A model generated the notes under the pieces. The model saw nothing but the letters and a program-made list of their open reading frames with translations, did no database searches and was not told the DNA's origin. Both the position numbers and the translations under genes were made by a program. Source: Chrysomallon squamiferum (lineage: Eukaryota; Animalia; Mollusca). From it: a DNA stretch of 64,000 nucleotides. Positions 63,547 to 64,000 of the stretch are shown here, piece by piece. Numbering within the stretch: the first letter of the stretch is position 1; each line of letters starts with the position of its first letter. The DNA is taken from positions 34,286,001-34,350,000 of the forward strand of contig CM022665.1 of the NCBI GenBank assembly GCA_012295275.1, given 5' to 3'.

Positions 63547-64000
63547 GAATATCAGTTTCTTTTTTATCAGTACAATAAAAAAATAAAAATATTAAGAAAA
63601 TAATAATAAAGAAAAAAACTGCTGTTCTAAATACGATAACAAAATGTCTATCAATGATTTTCTCAACACTGAAGAATTACTGTCAAGATCATAAAAATTC
63701 AGTAACAGCTGGATGTGATAAAAGTGAAGCATGCATTAAAAATCACTTCTGATGTTTTGGTTTCAAACAGAAATAATACTAATTGTCTGAAATATACAAA
63801 ACAGCATACAAGAAAGTTAATACACTCCTTAAAATAAAAAAATAAATCTAGTGGTAAATGCTTTTCAAAATATTTGCAAAATAAAAAAATATTTTTCCCT
63901 CTGTAAAATTCACTACAAAAACAAACAGAAAATTAATAAATGCTGAACTATTTTTTTTACCTGTGTTCAAGATGTTACACCCTGATTCACTTACGCAACA

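Noticed and set aside
1-64000. CRISPR arrays, rRNA, tRNA or prokaryotic operons
   Set aside because: The sequence has spliceosomal eukaryotic gene structure, and I saw no repeat-spacer array or cloverleaf.

Overview
This is an AT-rich, intron-rich animal genomic window. Its repeat style suggests a gastropod mollusc (inference, not verified). I assembled four complete genes by hand from GT-AG splice sites with consistent reading-frame phase: LRPPRC (minus, 37 coding exons, about 1321 aa, 3610-26996), a G2E3/PHF7/pineapple-eye-like PHD/RING protein that lacks the HECT domain and ends in a SIM-like motif (minus, 9 coding exons, 768 aa, 36440-41050), PIGH (plus, 5 coding exons, 173 aa, 45352-47803) and CNRIP1/CRIP1a (minus, 3 exons, 162 aa, 54091-60246; absent from the ORF track). 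Mobile DNA includes a full-length MULE with 9-bp TSD whose FLYWCH-MULE transposase is broken only by three in-frame stops. There are also two inverted Sola-type MITEs plus a Sola2-like transposase relic inside LRPPRC, Kolobok-like, Tc2/pogo-like and Tigger-like elements, and SINE-like relics. The best leads are a candidate 26-nt poison microexon with adjacent hairpins in LRPPRC, the STUbL-like architecture of the G2E3-like protein, inverted MITEs bracketing LRPPRC exons 24-32, and gene neighbours that match the human 2p/14q paralogon. None of these demonstrates a new system; most short ORFs in the track are noise.
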